A stretch of 64,000 nucleotides of DNA from assembly GCA_002633005.1 (NCBI GenBank), contig NMRA01000003.1, forward strand, positions 262,129-326,128, read 5' to 3'. The DNA is from Phoronis australis (Eukaryota > Animalia > Phoronida). Below the pieces are notes generated by a model that saw only the letters and a list, made by a program, of their open reading frames with translations, searched no databases and was not told the DNA's origin. Both the position numbers and the translations under genes were made by a program. Of this stretch, positions 1-13,500 are shown in pieces; the stretch's first letter is position 1; every line of letters begins with the position of its first letter.

Positions 1-3000
1 CTACCCTCAAAGCATGATCCTAATAAAATGAGTAAAATGAAATTTCTATATACTGGGACCTTATAATCGAATCTTGACCTTGGATCTCATTTTCACTCTG
101 CAAATAGACGAAGTATAAGTTTCTGAGTCATTCATTGTTCATTGTTTCCCGGTGGTGTTATTCAGCTTCTCGTATTTCAGTCACGTGATTTCACAGCACG
201 CGATTGGAGTGTCTTTCGTTATTCATACTACCCCTAAAGACTTTTTGGCAGTGCGTAATTTTTGCACCCTAGTCATGACGTGAATTTCAGAGAAACCCCA
301 CAAAGGTTAAAATCGTATCCTACACGCGTAACGCGCTCAACGTGTGTAGGTCTAAAAAGTAACCCTTCCATGTAATTTTTTTGTTGAAACATATGTTCCC
401 AATTTTATGGCTGTTGGTTCTTGGGGGTTTGCCGCATGCCTATGGGCGTGTGTACTCGTGGGAAGTGGAGCGGGGCAGAAGGGGAATGACAGGTAGGAAT
501 TTGAAATTTGGGACGACATAAATGGTCAAAAATTAGACGAAGTTGAACTAGTTAGATTCTCGAAGGGCAACTGAAGGAACATGGGAGACAGCTTTGGGGT
601 TCCACCTTAAGAATTTTTTTGATTTTATTCGTTTTGACGTGTAATTTGGTTCATTCCATGGGTAGCCTAGTTCATCCACCGACTTTAGAACGGATCTGAC
701 TGCTGCTGTGCCCCTTAGTTGCAATTAAATATTTTAGTTTTCCCTCTGTACAATAACAGAAATAACAGAGTAATGATAATTTTAGTGTCGATAACCAACT
801 TAGTTAACTCAAGAAAAAGTGTAAGATTTTGATTCATCATTTTTTACCCTCACACACTTGCTTCTTGTTTGCTTCTTGTTTGCCCGTGTTTCACGAGCGT
901 GCAGATCATGTGAACTCTGAAAACTGTTGTACTCCCGTAAAATTACGCTCATCTGTCTCGACTGTAAAGCGATGAGCGCATATATTTTGAACACTAAATA
1001 GTTATGTAGGACTTTATTGACAAGTCGGTAATAATAGTCACTTACAAGGGTATTGCATTTTGAGAACATGTTTTCTCTAAGGCATCAAACAGGTTCTCAA
1101 ATTAGCCATTTAGCCATATAGCTACGAAACAACAGAATTTATCTCAGAGAACATAATTTTCTGAAAGAAGAAACTTTGAACTTTGACCCTATGCCAACTA
1201 CAATCACTTGGGTCTCGTGACTGTCTTTTTAGTAAAACCAAGGAGTGTAGCATGAAAGTTTCATATGAATCCAATCGGTCATTTTGGAGAAACAATTTGA
1301 CTATTTTTCTAGAGTACTAAATAATGTTAACAGATCATCCAATCTTGCGCCCGTAAATGTGCGCTTGTAATTTGCGCTCGTATTACACTTACAATTCACG
1401 TTCGTAAAACACGGGTGTTAAATTACGCCTGTAATTTACGCAGCGTAATTTAGGAACAACACCCTACATCCAACGAAACATACTTGCCAATCACCAGTGT
1501 CCCGGTGAGACCGTTGCGCTTCTTGCCTTTTTGGCTACGCTTTGTCTCAAGTCCCGCTACGGAATGATAATGACTCGCTTTTTTGACAGTCTGTGCGAAA
1601 TGTACGGAATATCGCATATTTCTATGCTTTTTACGCGATTTCCTGTTCGATTTCACCTGCTCCAATAAAAAACATCGCCGTGAGTCTGTGACTGTTACGG
1701 AGAACATTATTTGCTCCTTGCAGTATAACCTAAACCCAAGTGTCCCGCTTTTTCATTATCAAATGTTGGCGATTATGAGCAACATTGTTACGAAGATACG
1801 TATTTATATAGTTTTGTACCAAAGCTACCGCTAAGGATAGTGCAATGTAGTCCGGAACTACGATCTTTTAAGTGTCATTTCTAATTCTGAACGTCACACA
1901 AGTAGGCCTAGATAATTATGAAGTTTCGTAAGGTAGAGCTGAATTTTTAAATTTCATGAATGTAAATCTGCTAAGTAGAGCGAAATCGGATTGGAAAAAT
2001 GCTGAAAATACTTCGCTTTACAATCAATACAATACTTACCAACTTGTGTCCTGATCGACTTCACTTGCGCTGTCCGTGGCGCCTGGTCTTGAAGCTAACA
2101 ATCGGCGAATATCCCTAACTTAAATACTACATTCATGTTGTCAGACAGTCTTCGCAAAAATAGTACGGGTGAGTAAACATGAAAACCTCGTGTAATTTCA
2201 TCTGCATGATGGTACAAGACGGCACATTGTTAGATTGCAATTTTGATGTTGTTTTGTATTTACTCTCGTTAGGGTGTCTATTTCAAATGATTAATTTTTA
2301 TCAAGTTACTGCCTATTTTTATCCAGTTTAGGATTGCAAAGTACTTTTTCTTTATAAACCATTGTTGGGGTCATCCGACTGAACCGTAACCTATATTCTC
2401 GAGTGCTATATACTTGAGTGTAACGACGACGGCAAATCGAGTTTGTAGTGGACTGAAAACTTGAGATGAAGTTATTTCGTCATTTTTGGATTTGAATTAC
2501 GATATGTGTTTTAAGATGCAGTGAATCATAATGACGAAATAAAACGGCCACATTAATTATAACTCACCAACAAAGTTATTAATAAATAGGTAGGTCAAGC
2601 GATTTAATACGAAAGACTATGCAAGTTGGAGGGTGTATCCGAGGCATCTTTTTAATAGTGAAAATATTCTCCTGAATAACTTGTCCATAAATTGCAAATT
2701 TTTGCAACACGAGTGCAACTCATGCTTGGAAATTGTAACCCGCCTCATAAATTTGGGCAGGAACATTCATCGTCTAGTGAAATATAGGATTATATACAAT
2801 GCGCTTCAAGTGAAAATTGTTGCCACTCACAAGTACCTAGCTTATACCATAGGTGTCCGAAATTATCTCTCCATACAGAGAGGATATCAATTCGGGATTC
2901 GTGGGGGACAAAATGGGAAATTGCCTTGAAGTAATCCCTCGACGTTTGCTTCAAGAAGGGCAAAACCCGAGAGAGGTGGGGTCAGTGATATGTAAGATGT

Positions 3001-4570
3001 ATAACTTAAATAGAGAGGAATGGCGATTGATTCCATCATTGGGACCCTTCTTAGAGACATGGCATGAAAGGGTGATTTGATTTCTTAAACTAGACAAGAG
3101 TATTGACTTGATTCTATCAACGATGGCCTGTTGAAGGACGACTGAGTCCTCCAGTACTTCTTCAAAAACATTTCCATGGAGAGAGTACTGTTATAGTCAA
3201 TGTTTTTGAGAAAGAAAAATTTCGATAATCAAGTGAGGCGAATTTGCAAATTTACTCTTTAAGATCGATTTTTAGAATGACGTTGTTTTTAGAGTTATTT
3301 GCAGGAAAATTCGTGTCCGTTTCCCGTACCCTGTGGCCGACAAACATAAAGCTCATTCATTAACTCGATTGACGAATTCCATTGATCCTCACTTCGAAAA
3401 ACAGCCCAGCTTTTCTCTCGACAGCAATTTACAATGTCCTGTAAGGCGTTGTCATCACTGAGATTTCTGACGCTTTTGGCGCCATCTGCCATCGCTTTTA
3501 TCACGTTCACGCAGCTGCAGAGTGTGACGTGCTTCCTCATTGGTAACGTCATGCCAACGAGCTTGGTGCCGCGTTGAAGCGACACCAACAAGGAGGTTTC
3601 CTTTGCTGCTTAGGGACAGCAAAGAGAGAAAGGTACGAGCTCAGCTTGCCGAGGTGATAGCTCACATATAAACGTGAAGATATTAATGCAAGTGAATGAA
3701 CGTGAGTTCGTCATTTGATGCAGCCAGCTGATGTCGTAGCTCCACCTCTGCGTTGCTCCTCAGGGACGTGTGTCATTGCAAAATCTGACTCGGGGGGGGG
3801 TGTAGCAAGGGAACCATGGCCCCCTAAAACTCTCCAACATTTCATCTGGCAGTTCGGGGGTACGAATGCCTGACGGGCAAAATCCTGGCTAGTACTCTGC
3901 CCTGCCCCCCCCCCCCTTAACTCATAATCCTAGATCCGCAACTGGGGTACCATATATTACCTGTGTGAACATGTACATGAACTTCTCACAGTGTTATGAA
4001 TAGTCTTAGCTGTGTGCTCAATATCTCTTCTGTGTTATTATTCCAAACATGTGAGTTTCAAGACCTAACTTTTCAGTTTGTACCCCTAGCCTAACATAAG
4101 TGCAGTCCACATATCATCAAAGTTACGTCACTGGAAAACTTTGTAAGCTAAATGGAAGTTAAACTAGGTGTTTGCGCGCAAAACAGTCCAGCGCTCAAAG
4201 TCACAGACACTTCATTTGTTCACAGATATTACATTCAAATACTTTATGTACATCTAAGTACCTAATTAGCAGATAAATGTATAGGTACGGAAAATTTTAA
4301 TTTCAGAGCAGATATCAATTTTATAATAACCATCACGAAAGAAATAAAAAGAACAAAAAAGATGTGAGACCAGTAGGCCAACGACTGTCACAATATTCGT
4401 GTGTGTTTTACCACTTCGTTATCATTTCCAGGTACATTAATAATAGGTACATGTACTTCATACACGACGTATTTACACGAATAACGTAACAGGGAAATTG
4501 ATGAATATTGTACGGAGTGTCTGGGAGAAAATATGCATCGGAAGTTTTAGTTCAAGACACTTCCTGTGCA

Positions 4571-7500
4571 TTACTTCATTTCTCGCTTGCCGCTCCGATT
4601 GGCAGCCAGTCTAGCTCCCACAGCTGTGACGTCATTCTCATCTAAAGTTGTAGGAGCATGTCTTTTCGTTTTGTTCCTGATGTGTTCTTCAGCATTGTGT
4701 GCGAGACAGTTTGCCGCTTCAAATTGCAGACGCTGTAACCTAAAAATAAATCAGAAACGTATTCACAAAATCAAAAATCATGCTGAAACAATCGGTGGTT
4801 TTAGCTTCTATTTACCCAATATGCAAGAGCCCATCAAATCGCATATCAAAACAATAGGTCTTTTATGGACTGTGTGCTCCAGGTTTCTGCCAAAACTTAG
4901 TAACAGGGTTCCTATGTAACACAACTCATGTAACGTTTAGTGCCTACTTTTGACAGCTTATTTGTGAGAAATTTTACTTGATAATTTACTCAGCTGCCAA
5001 TGCCTTATAAGTAACTCAATACAGGAGACAAGGTTGATGCGATCAGATATTGAAAAAATATTGGAACAATTTTCAAGTGACTTTTTCTGTCCACGAATTT
5101 CCTTGTTCATTTCACAAGTTATGAATAGGCTGCTTTTCATGTTTACAGTTGCCTTCAAAATAACCAAGTACATTGAAAACGAGTAGTTTTTGACAATTCC
5201 CGGCGTTTGCTAATCGAGTAACTACCCCTTTGGATGCACAAGGGACCCAGATGCACATGCTTTCCAAGTGAAACTTATTCCGCGACTGGTCAGTATATTC
5301 CTTTTCCTAAATGCCTCCGTTTTTGCCCAGCAATAAGGAAACTTGGTTAAGTCACACATTCACCTAATGAACGATACAAGTACGTTTGCAAGAAAATGTT
5401 TGTTACATCTCCCCAAACACTCAGCTTTAGCGCCACAAAGNAAATTTTTCTGTTTTGACCTCTAAAAATCAAGTATTTTCCTTGATTCCTGAAGTATTAA
5501 CCAAGAAAAAAAGGCAAAAAAAAAAACACGGAGAACGTGTCAAACAGGAAAAACTGCAAGTACCAAAGACTCGAACTCACGCCCTTGCGCATAGAGTGCG
5601 CGTGCGTTACCACTACACCACCACGATTTAGCTACTAATCCTATGCTAAGAGACGTACTTCTTTATGGCCCACAGCGTTTGCGCGCGAAACCTACTTCTT
5701 TTTGTAATGCTTATTACACGTTTTGTGCCATCGATTCTAAACAAATTTGTCGTATTTAAAGTAGTCTTAAAATGCCCAAAAGACCAAATCCGTTATTCGT
5801 GTTGGCAATAATGACCGGGGATTGCTTTGGAAATCGTCTTAACATAAGGTTTGACAAAGAGAGTATTGCGAGTTTCTGAGTGATTCACTAAGGCTTCTAT
5901 TAAAATTCCCCTCTTACCAGCAGCTTCTGTTTTTTCATCGTCACTCAGGTTCCATTTTCTTTAAAAAATGAAGTAAATTTTCTTCATTGCACAGTGGAGC
6001 AGACGACGGAAACTGAGTCGTAGTGCGCAGCGCCACTGCCGGTCGCTTGGGATATCGCGGGAGAGCCTATACTTAGCCAGAGTTCCGTTACGAATGCGCC
6101 GTGTTCCGAATTTGACACTTGAAATTGAATTTGTGCCCCCCCCCCAACACTAAAACTGCACACATTTAAATCTTTTTTCATCCGTATACTTTTAATTACC
6201 GGGGCTAATTAATAAACTCAACATTTATTTCCCTACGCTCTTACTGTTTTATTTTTTTTCGGCAGCCAAGGGGGGGGCCGGGCCCCCTCGGCCCCCCCCC
6301 TAAATCCACCTATGGAAGAAGTCCGTCAAGCACATCTAAATGACCCATTTACTTGAATGGATTCCCTTACTGATGACAGGTCGCTGACAGTCGGGGGTTA
6401 CTCACATAAGAGTTACGGGACGTACCACACAGAAGAACGGGAACGTGTTCACAAGATTACTTACAAAGTTGTTTACTAAATATACAGTTTTGCGCAGATG
6501 TGGGTAAAAAAATGACCAGATAAAAATATGACACAAAATTAGTGTCAATAAAAACTACACACTTAGTTGAGTAAATAAAATTATTTTCTGGTTTTGGAAA
6601 ATTGGCGTTCTACCGTTATTTTGCAGCTAAAGTTGTGGAACGATCTTCTGTGTCGGCTTTCGGCGCCATGAAATATTGCGTCACCTATTGCCCAGTTTCT
6701 TTTTTCGCCGATTCTTCAATCAACTGTTGTTCTTTTAAGATGATTGCGTACACTTCACAATAAATTATCGGAACTGGTTTCACTTCATTAAAAGTTTTTT
6801 AGAATTTTAATACCGAAAACCCGAATTTCAGAAAAAAAAATTTGCTGCTGCCAAGCTATCATCATCTCCCGAGAGATGTCGCAAAAATTTAGGAAATGGC
6901 GCGTGCGCGTGTCACGAGCGTAGAATGGTGAATGTCAAGCTGGTTCCCTGCGTGCCGCTAGGTGGGGCGATAGCCGCGCCAGCACGCAGGTATCACCAGA
7001 GACCATAGAGAGGTATCACTTAAAGTCCTTCTCTCGCGCGTTGTTAACCCTTATTACATGGTTAGAAGATGTTATAAGGATCTAAAAAGTACCTACCCTA
7101 TAACTAATACACGATTCGTACTCGAAAACAGTTTAAATGAACGCGACACTCACGATTCGCACCCGAAGAAACACCGGCATTTTTGAACTTGCCGCGAACC
7201 CGGAAGTACAATTCATTCAGGAACCCAGGCCGAGAAAACGCCGTCAGTGCGACTGGAGCAGTGCCTGTACTGTAGCCAGCAAACGGGGATAAAAAAATCG
7301 ACAGCGCTCCTTAATTTTGATAAAATCAAACTACGGACAATTTTATGGAACTTTGCTGAAGAAATGTGGCGAATAAATTTTGACAGAAATTATTTTGCCA
7401 GACTCGGGACCGCAGCGGCTATCGGGACCCGGTGCGGATCCGGAGACCAGACACTGGCGAACGGTAAATGCATGCGGTTGCAAGCTGTTTTGTCGAAGTA

Positions 7501-10500
7501 AAATGGTCAAATGATAAATGCTGCATATATTGAAGGGTAGTTTCAGACACTTGCATGAAATTACGGGCTGGTTAGTCCTGTGTCACACTGCCGCGGCAGA
7601 CCTTAGTTAGCCTCAGTTACCAGCTACCAGTGAAGACTATAGTCAAAATACAGCTTGTTAGTAGGCCTATACAGCTTTGCGCCAAGAATATCCTTCGGCC
7701 TAACTGTTCGCTGGCCACAAACACAAAAACACGAAAATTGAACAAAGTTTCTTTTTTCGTAGCAACGTTTATCAACGTTAAATCTTCACAAATTACAAAG
7801 TAGCCGATTGAACATGCCTTTCAGTTCAGCAAAAGTCGACATTGTAGGTGCCGCCAGAAATGAGACGAAGTCCAACGGGAATTGTGAGCACATTTATCAC
7901 TTAATGAGTAACAACTGCGAGGCTGAAATTTGGTGAACACTGCTAAATCGTGCAGAATAGTAAGTAAAGATATGTCTAACTAAATTTCACCGTAATTTGT
8001 TGGCGAAAACAATTTACACAAAGTTTTAAACTCGTAACTCATCCCGCTGTCCTCCAATATGGCCCACGCGATCCAAACAAAGTGACCCAAATTTCGCCAC
8101 AAAACTTGCAATAACTTTACAGTGCTTGCCCCGATTTTGATACTTTTTCGATTTTTACTGAGTAGAATGTACCACCTTTCCGATGATAGCAAAGTACTTT
8201 TTCAAAACGAGGAAAAAATAAAACCGAAAAAAAATTGGTTCGACTCATATTGGTTCCTAGGTTCGACCGGCCTACGTAAGGAACTAAACACCAATGCTAT
8301 TTTAACATACTAAGTACGCGTAACATTCCAAAAAAATCAACGACCACTAACTACAAACCATAAATACACTACACATACAAACGAATCACGATACATTTCT
8401 AATAAAACAAATAATGAAGACTTTTCGAGCAAGCCATGGCACATTCAGTTACAAGGAAAAAATGGCGGCGTTCAGGACAAGTTCCTGAACTGATGAGCCG
8501 GAAATGTGGGTACGGAAATAACCGATAACAACCGGTAATCATACGCACAGAGAGAAGGGTCAAATACTGTTAAAAAATCGCTTTTGGCAAGAAAGGCGAA
8601 AAGAATATAAAGAAAGGGTGTCGAAAATAAGAATTTATGTAATAAGTATTTTCTGGAACCACATGGGCAGTTTGCAAGAAGGACTTTAAGTTTCCTCGAT
8701 AAAATTTTTTACACCGGCGTTTCTGATTGGCTAGTCACTTCGTCAACAGGGAGTGCTTTACGCAAAAAAACTGGCAAGACTGATGGACTGAAGTGTAATT
8801 GTGGTCTGTTGTACAGACAAATCGGTTCTTAAAGGCGAAGGTAACCTTTTCCATGTCATTTTGAGCTAAAATAAGGTTGGTTGGTTATCGTAGACATATT
8901 TTCCACTTAATTACAGCTTTTCGTAATTTTATTAATTACTCGTCCGCTACTCCGGAAGTGACGTTTTAGGAGGCAAGCGTTTCCCGCCACTTGATTTTGA
9001 GTTGACTTTACCGTGCGAATCTGTTCTATTGTATTTTTGTTTTGTGCTGTTTTTCAACAATTGTCGCCACCACTTTCCATCGGCGATTATTCTGCCGCAA
9101 GATAGGTTAGTAGAGAACTCAACTACGTTGGATTTAGGGATTGTTTAGTGTGTTGTAAGCTGAAAATGGCTGGAGTCGGTGACCCGTATCACAGTGACAG
9201 TAGTGTGAGTAACGGAGACATTGTTCAAAGCAGTGGTGACGAGGAATTTTTTCACGGACATTCAGTGGGTGGGTACATGTTTGAGCCGGAGTATAACGAG
9301 GCAGAGTACGCACAGGCACAGACAGCTGTTGAGAGAAACGAGGCGGCTTCTGAGGACAGACGTGGTGACACAACTTGGTGCAAATGCACTGTGTGCGTTG
9401 TTATGCCTACCTCAATGGAATGCTTGTGCAGTTCAAAGTTCGAAGAGGCCAAGCCACTACTGGACATGGTTAAGTGGACCTCCGGCATACCACGGACAGA
9501 GGAACAACTGTCCCACTTGCCAGAGTGTCCCGCGACACACTCTCAGTGGATGGTTACCTGAGCACCCAAACTGCTTACATCGTGTCGTGTGACTCCCTCG
9601 CCACACACCTGGCACCTTCTGAATAGCTCCAACACTTTAGACAAGTCCACAATAAACTTATCAAAGTTTGGCTCACCGATCTGTTCACTGGACGACGAAC
9701 TGTCCTCTTCACTGGGTGTCGAACTGGACCTGTAATCACTCCTACTACTCAATATCGCTGCAGGGCTGCTTAGAAGCTCTGGGCTGGAGAAAACAGCACA
9801 GGGCGAATCACTACTGGTTCCAGGAATTGCGCGCTCTGGGGTACGTTCGGAGGCACGGGTGACAGTACAGTAGATGAAGTGCCTCCACTGGCTCCAGTCA
9901 TTGTACTGGCCACAGCTCGCGAGGCTTCTCGCTTCAAAAACGCACTCGGGGGTGGCGACGGGGCACTGCCGGGGATCAACACAGACGGAATGGCATCCTT
10001 CTTCAGGCGTTGTTTCGCAGGGACCTTCATCAGTTCAGCGTACAAATACCTTTCGTAATCGGACGGCTTGCCACACACGTACGGTAATTCTCGACTGCTT
10101 TGTACGTTGCGTGGACGGGTAACGCTGCGTTCTTCACACGAAGGAGCCAAGTACGGCGAAATGTGTCATCCATCGGAAAGCGATGCAAAGGTACTCCCAA
10201 AGCGCGCGTGAGCCGATAATTAGTACATCCCGGTACGCAGCAACAGTTTGGCATGTTGACTGACTAGTAAATGAAAGCAAACGACGACGGAACTTACACA
10301 ACCGAGGTAGAACAATGACTGACTCGGCAGCTCTCACAGTCAGACTATATGAAAAGAAATTGGCGCGAAATGCTTGCCTCCTAAAACGTCACTTCCGGAG
10401 TAGCGGACGAGTAATTAATAAAATTACGAAAAGCTGTAATTAAGTGGAAAATATGTCTGGGATAACCAACCAACCTTATTTTAGCTCAAAATGACATGGA

Positions 10501-13500
10501 AAAAGGTTGCCTTCGCCTTTAAAATTTATGTTCAGGAAATGTGAAGCCTAGAAATTATGATTGCGCCTTTTCGGAATGCATCTGTCTACTGTCGATGACT
10601 TTTGTTTGCGAAAGTGTCCTATATTCATACAGTATGAATAACACACCGGTTAAATTGGCCAAATATGTGTTTATTGTAGATGTATGTGCTTCAAGTACGC
10701 GGCTATTAAACATCACTGCAGAAACGAAATAGTTGCATTGCTGCGACGCCACTTGCATGACAAGGCTAAAAAATGTTCACAACCAGCCATTTTTTCGTTC
10801 AGAGGGCCTCGAAGATTACCTCCACGTTATTATTTATTATCGAAATATGAAGTCCTCTATCTTGGTCATGAAAAATAACATTTCTAAAGCGAAAGTCCGC
10901 CCCATTCTACAGTGTAGTGTTGTTTATGAGTTTGTATGCCCTATGAACGAATGTCTTCGTTCAAACGTCAAACAATGTTACACTGGTCAAACGGTTTGCA
11001 GTCTTCTCCGTCGGTTATCTATGCATCTTAAAAAATAACGCCATCCAAGATCATTTTCTGTAATGTCACGAACGTAAAATCACCCGTCAAGAAATTGTGG
11101 AAAAAACGTCAATTCGGTACGTGGAGCACGATGTGGTGTGATTGAAAGTATTAGAATCCTTTAAATTACATTTGAGAAGCCTGTTTTGAATGAGCAGCAA
11201 ACAGGGTAGCGCCGCACGTTACACTTGTTTGCGTGACTTTCCTGTTAACCCCCTTCATTAGTCATTCTTTGCAGTATTTCACACCCGCCGTGTCTCACTG
11301 TGTGTGTCATCAGCTTATGCTCCGTCGTGGCATTACTGCGTCATTTTATCTTTACTTGAGAATGAAACAAGTACGTTTCGAAATATCGTGTGTCTTTCAA
11401 TTATGTCCCTAGGTCAGTTACTTTATCTATGTTCATATAAGAGTAGAGTTTTGTTCCGAGGGTATGAACATAACGGAATAAAGACTATCAACAAAGAAAA
11501 GTGTCGTGCGTTTAATCAATTCTGTATATCTGTCTAAATAGGTTGATATCATATTTTCTTAGCTTCCCCCTCCCAGTACAAAGTACGAAGATTGATAGGT
11601 GAGTTTTAATTTTAGTGCAGCACATAAACTTTCTTTTCAAACACTGCTGGTGACGTACAACTGTTTTATAGGCGTTCAAACTGAGCCACGGCCTCCAATC
11701 ATCACGAGTGTCTCCTTAACAGACAGGTGTTTGAATTTCGGTTTCAGATAAATTGCTCACCTGTACGTCGTGTTGTCAAGGTGATCAAGTGATCGCAAGA
11801 ACATTTCCATCCATATTATGTTGGTGCTCAGATCATTCATGAGTTCAAGGTCATCATGACGTAATGTGTCTTGGAACTCTCGTATCATTTCGTGAAAGTC
11901 GCTGTATTGAAATAAGCGCTGTAATTACAAAGTGTGTATGAAATTAAAGTTCTTCATGGGGAGATCTATCATTTCTTTATTCGTTTGTACAAATTAAAGT
12001 TAAGGGTATCTCAAATCTTATTCAGTGACCACCATATATCAAAACCAAGCAATGTCAACTACTAAAAGTATATATTTTCTGAAAGAAAACAGATCAGTTA
12101 TTATGAAAATATGTTATATGTTTATGTGCAATTATTATCATTACGTTACTACCTATTTAAGTCAAAATTTCAGTTAAATTTACGAAAGGTAGATTTATAG
12201 CAAAATAACCCCTCGGTCAATTTAAATGAAAGGTAACTTTTTTATGAGCCCACATACATGTGCGTGCGTGCGTGTGTGTGTGTGTGTGTGTGTGTGTCTG
12301 TGTCTGTGTGTGTGTGTGTGTGTGCGTGCGTGCGTGCGTCTGGTCGTCACAGTACAGGCGTTTCCGAATGATATCTAGAAAAGCAATCGATGGATTCCAA
12401 ACAAACTTGACACAGAGAGGTATATGTACTATGATCAGAATGCGCAGGCGCCATTTGATTTTTGTGCGGACTTGGCTACTACAGCGCTTCCTAGTGGTCA
12501 TTTTACGTTTTCGGATGATACATAGAGAATCGAATGAAGGATTTCAATGAAAGTTGACCCAGATGTATGTGATGTCAACTTTCGGGGCGGATTCAACTAC
12601 TAAAATTTTCCTTACCTTCAACCGTATCGTTTCCTGAGCACCGTGGGGGCATATCAAAGCCCCATGGTTGCTCTTTCTTAAATGAAACCGTCACAATTTA
12701 CCTAAAAAACGTTGTTACGAATTTTCGAGTACTCATTTAGTCTGTTTTTCTAGTCAAATTAACTTACAGTGAGCGAAAACTAGGCGTTTAAAACGAAAAC
12801 CTTCAGTTCCACAGTTAAACCACGTAGTCGTTCGCTTCCTTTGTTGTTTGTCAGAAGGATAATGTTGGCTGAGAAAGTTTCCTTTTGCTCATACCAGACA
12901 GTAGTTCACACACGTGCTGGGTGACGCTTGACAGATTTGTCAAAACACAGGTTTTTGAAGAAATTCACTGTTGTTAAGAAACATGCCTGGGTTATAAAAT
13001 GATCATACTCCTTTGTAATGAGTTGACGTAACTTAAATTCGCAGTCTCAAATCATAAAAACCCGCCGTTTAAGAACGTCATTTTTACAACTTAAAATTCA
13101 AAACAGACATTTGCAGTTTAGAAAAAGCTGTTTCTGCGTGTTCCTTGAGCGCATGTTGTATGGAAATTAGGTTGATATTCAAGTGTACCAGTCAATGAGA
13201 CACTCGCAGCATGGCGAAGTCAAGATTGTATATATATATACTGGAGTAGTTTCACGGGTGAGAAACAACATGACCGCCGGTCCTCTAAACAGGACCTCCG
13301 GGGATCAAATGGGACCGCCGCACCAGAAAATGGGACTGACGCACCTAAAAACATGACCGCCCCACCACAAAACAGGACCGTCGGGAACTTAAAACCGCAA
13401 TGACTAACAGGCTAAGATTTATTACGGTTAGGCCTACACAGATCATACAATGGGGCTATATACGTATGCATATGCCGCCTCCCGTTCAGTAACGCTAGGA

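Larger units (their letters stand above)
8833..10518. mobile_element. Kolobok-type DNA transposon, internally deleted (family A, copy 1)
   Basis: TTAA at 8829-8832 and 10519-10522; termini AGGCGAAGG...CCTTCGCCT; ~158-bp near-perfect TIRs (8833-8990 / ~10360-10518); convergent THAP-transposase and KolX-like remnants inside. It lies in CatSper3 intron 5. Confidence 0.85.

Noticed and set aside
5562-5625. tRNA gene
   Set aside because: It has A and B boxes but no convincing acceptor stem or cloverleaf, and is attached to a dispersed repeat body, so it was treated as SINE-like.
8488-8520. CTGATGA...GAAA canonical hammerhead core
   Set aside because: No stem II or stem III can be formed; the same holds for the hits at ~6372 and ~39546.
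8833-10518. piggyBac or P-element assignment
   Set aside because: TTAA fits piggyBac but the ends are AGG rather than CCC. THAP fits P elements, but those make ~8-bp TSDs. The combination with a KolX-like gene indicates Kolobok.
12217-12550. ORFs with VCVCVC / THTHTH runs
   Set aside because: They are translations of a (GT)n microsatellite.
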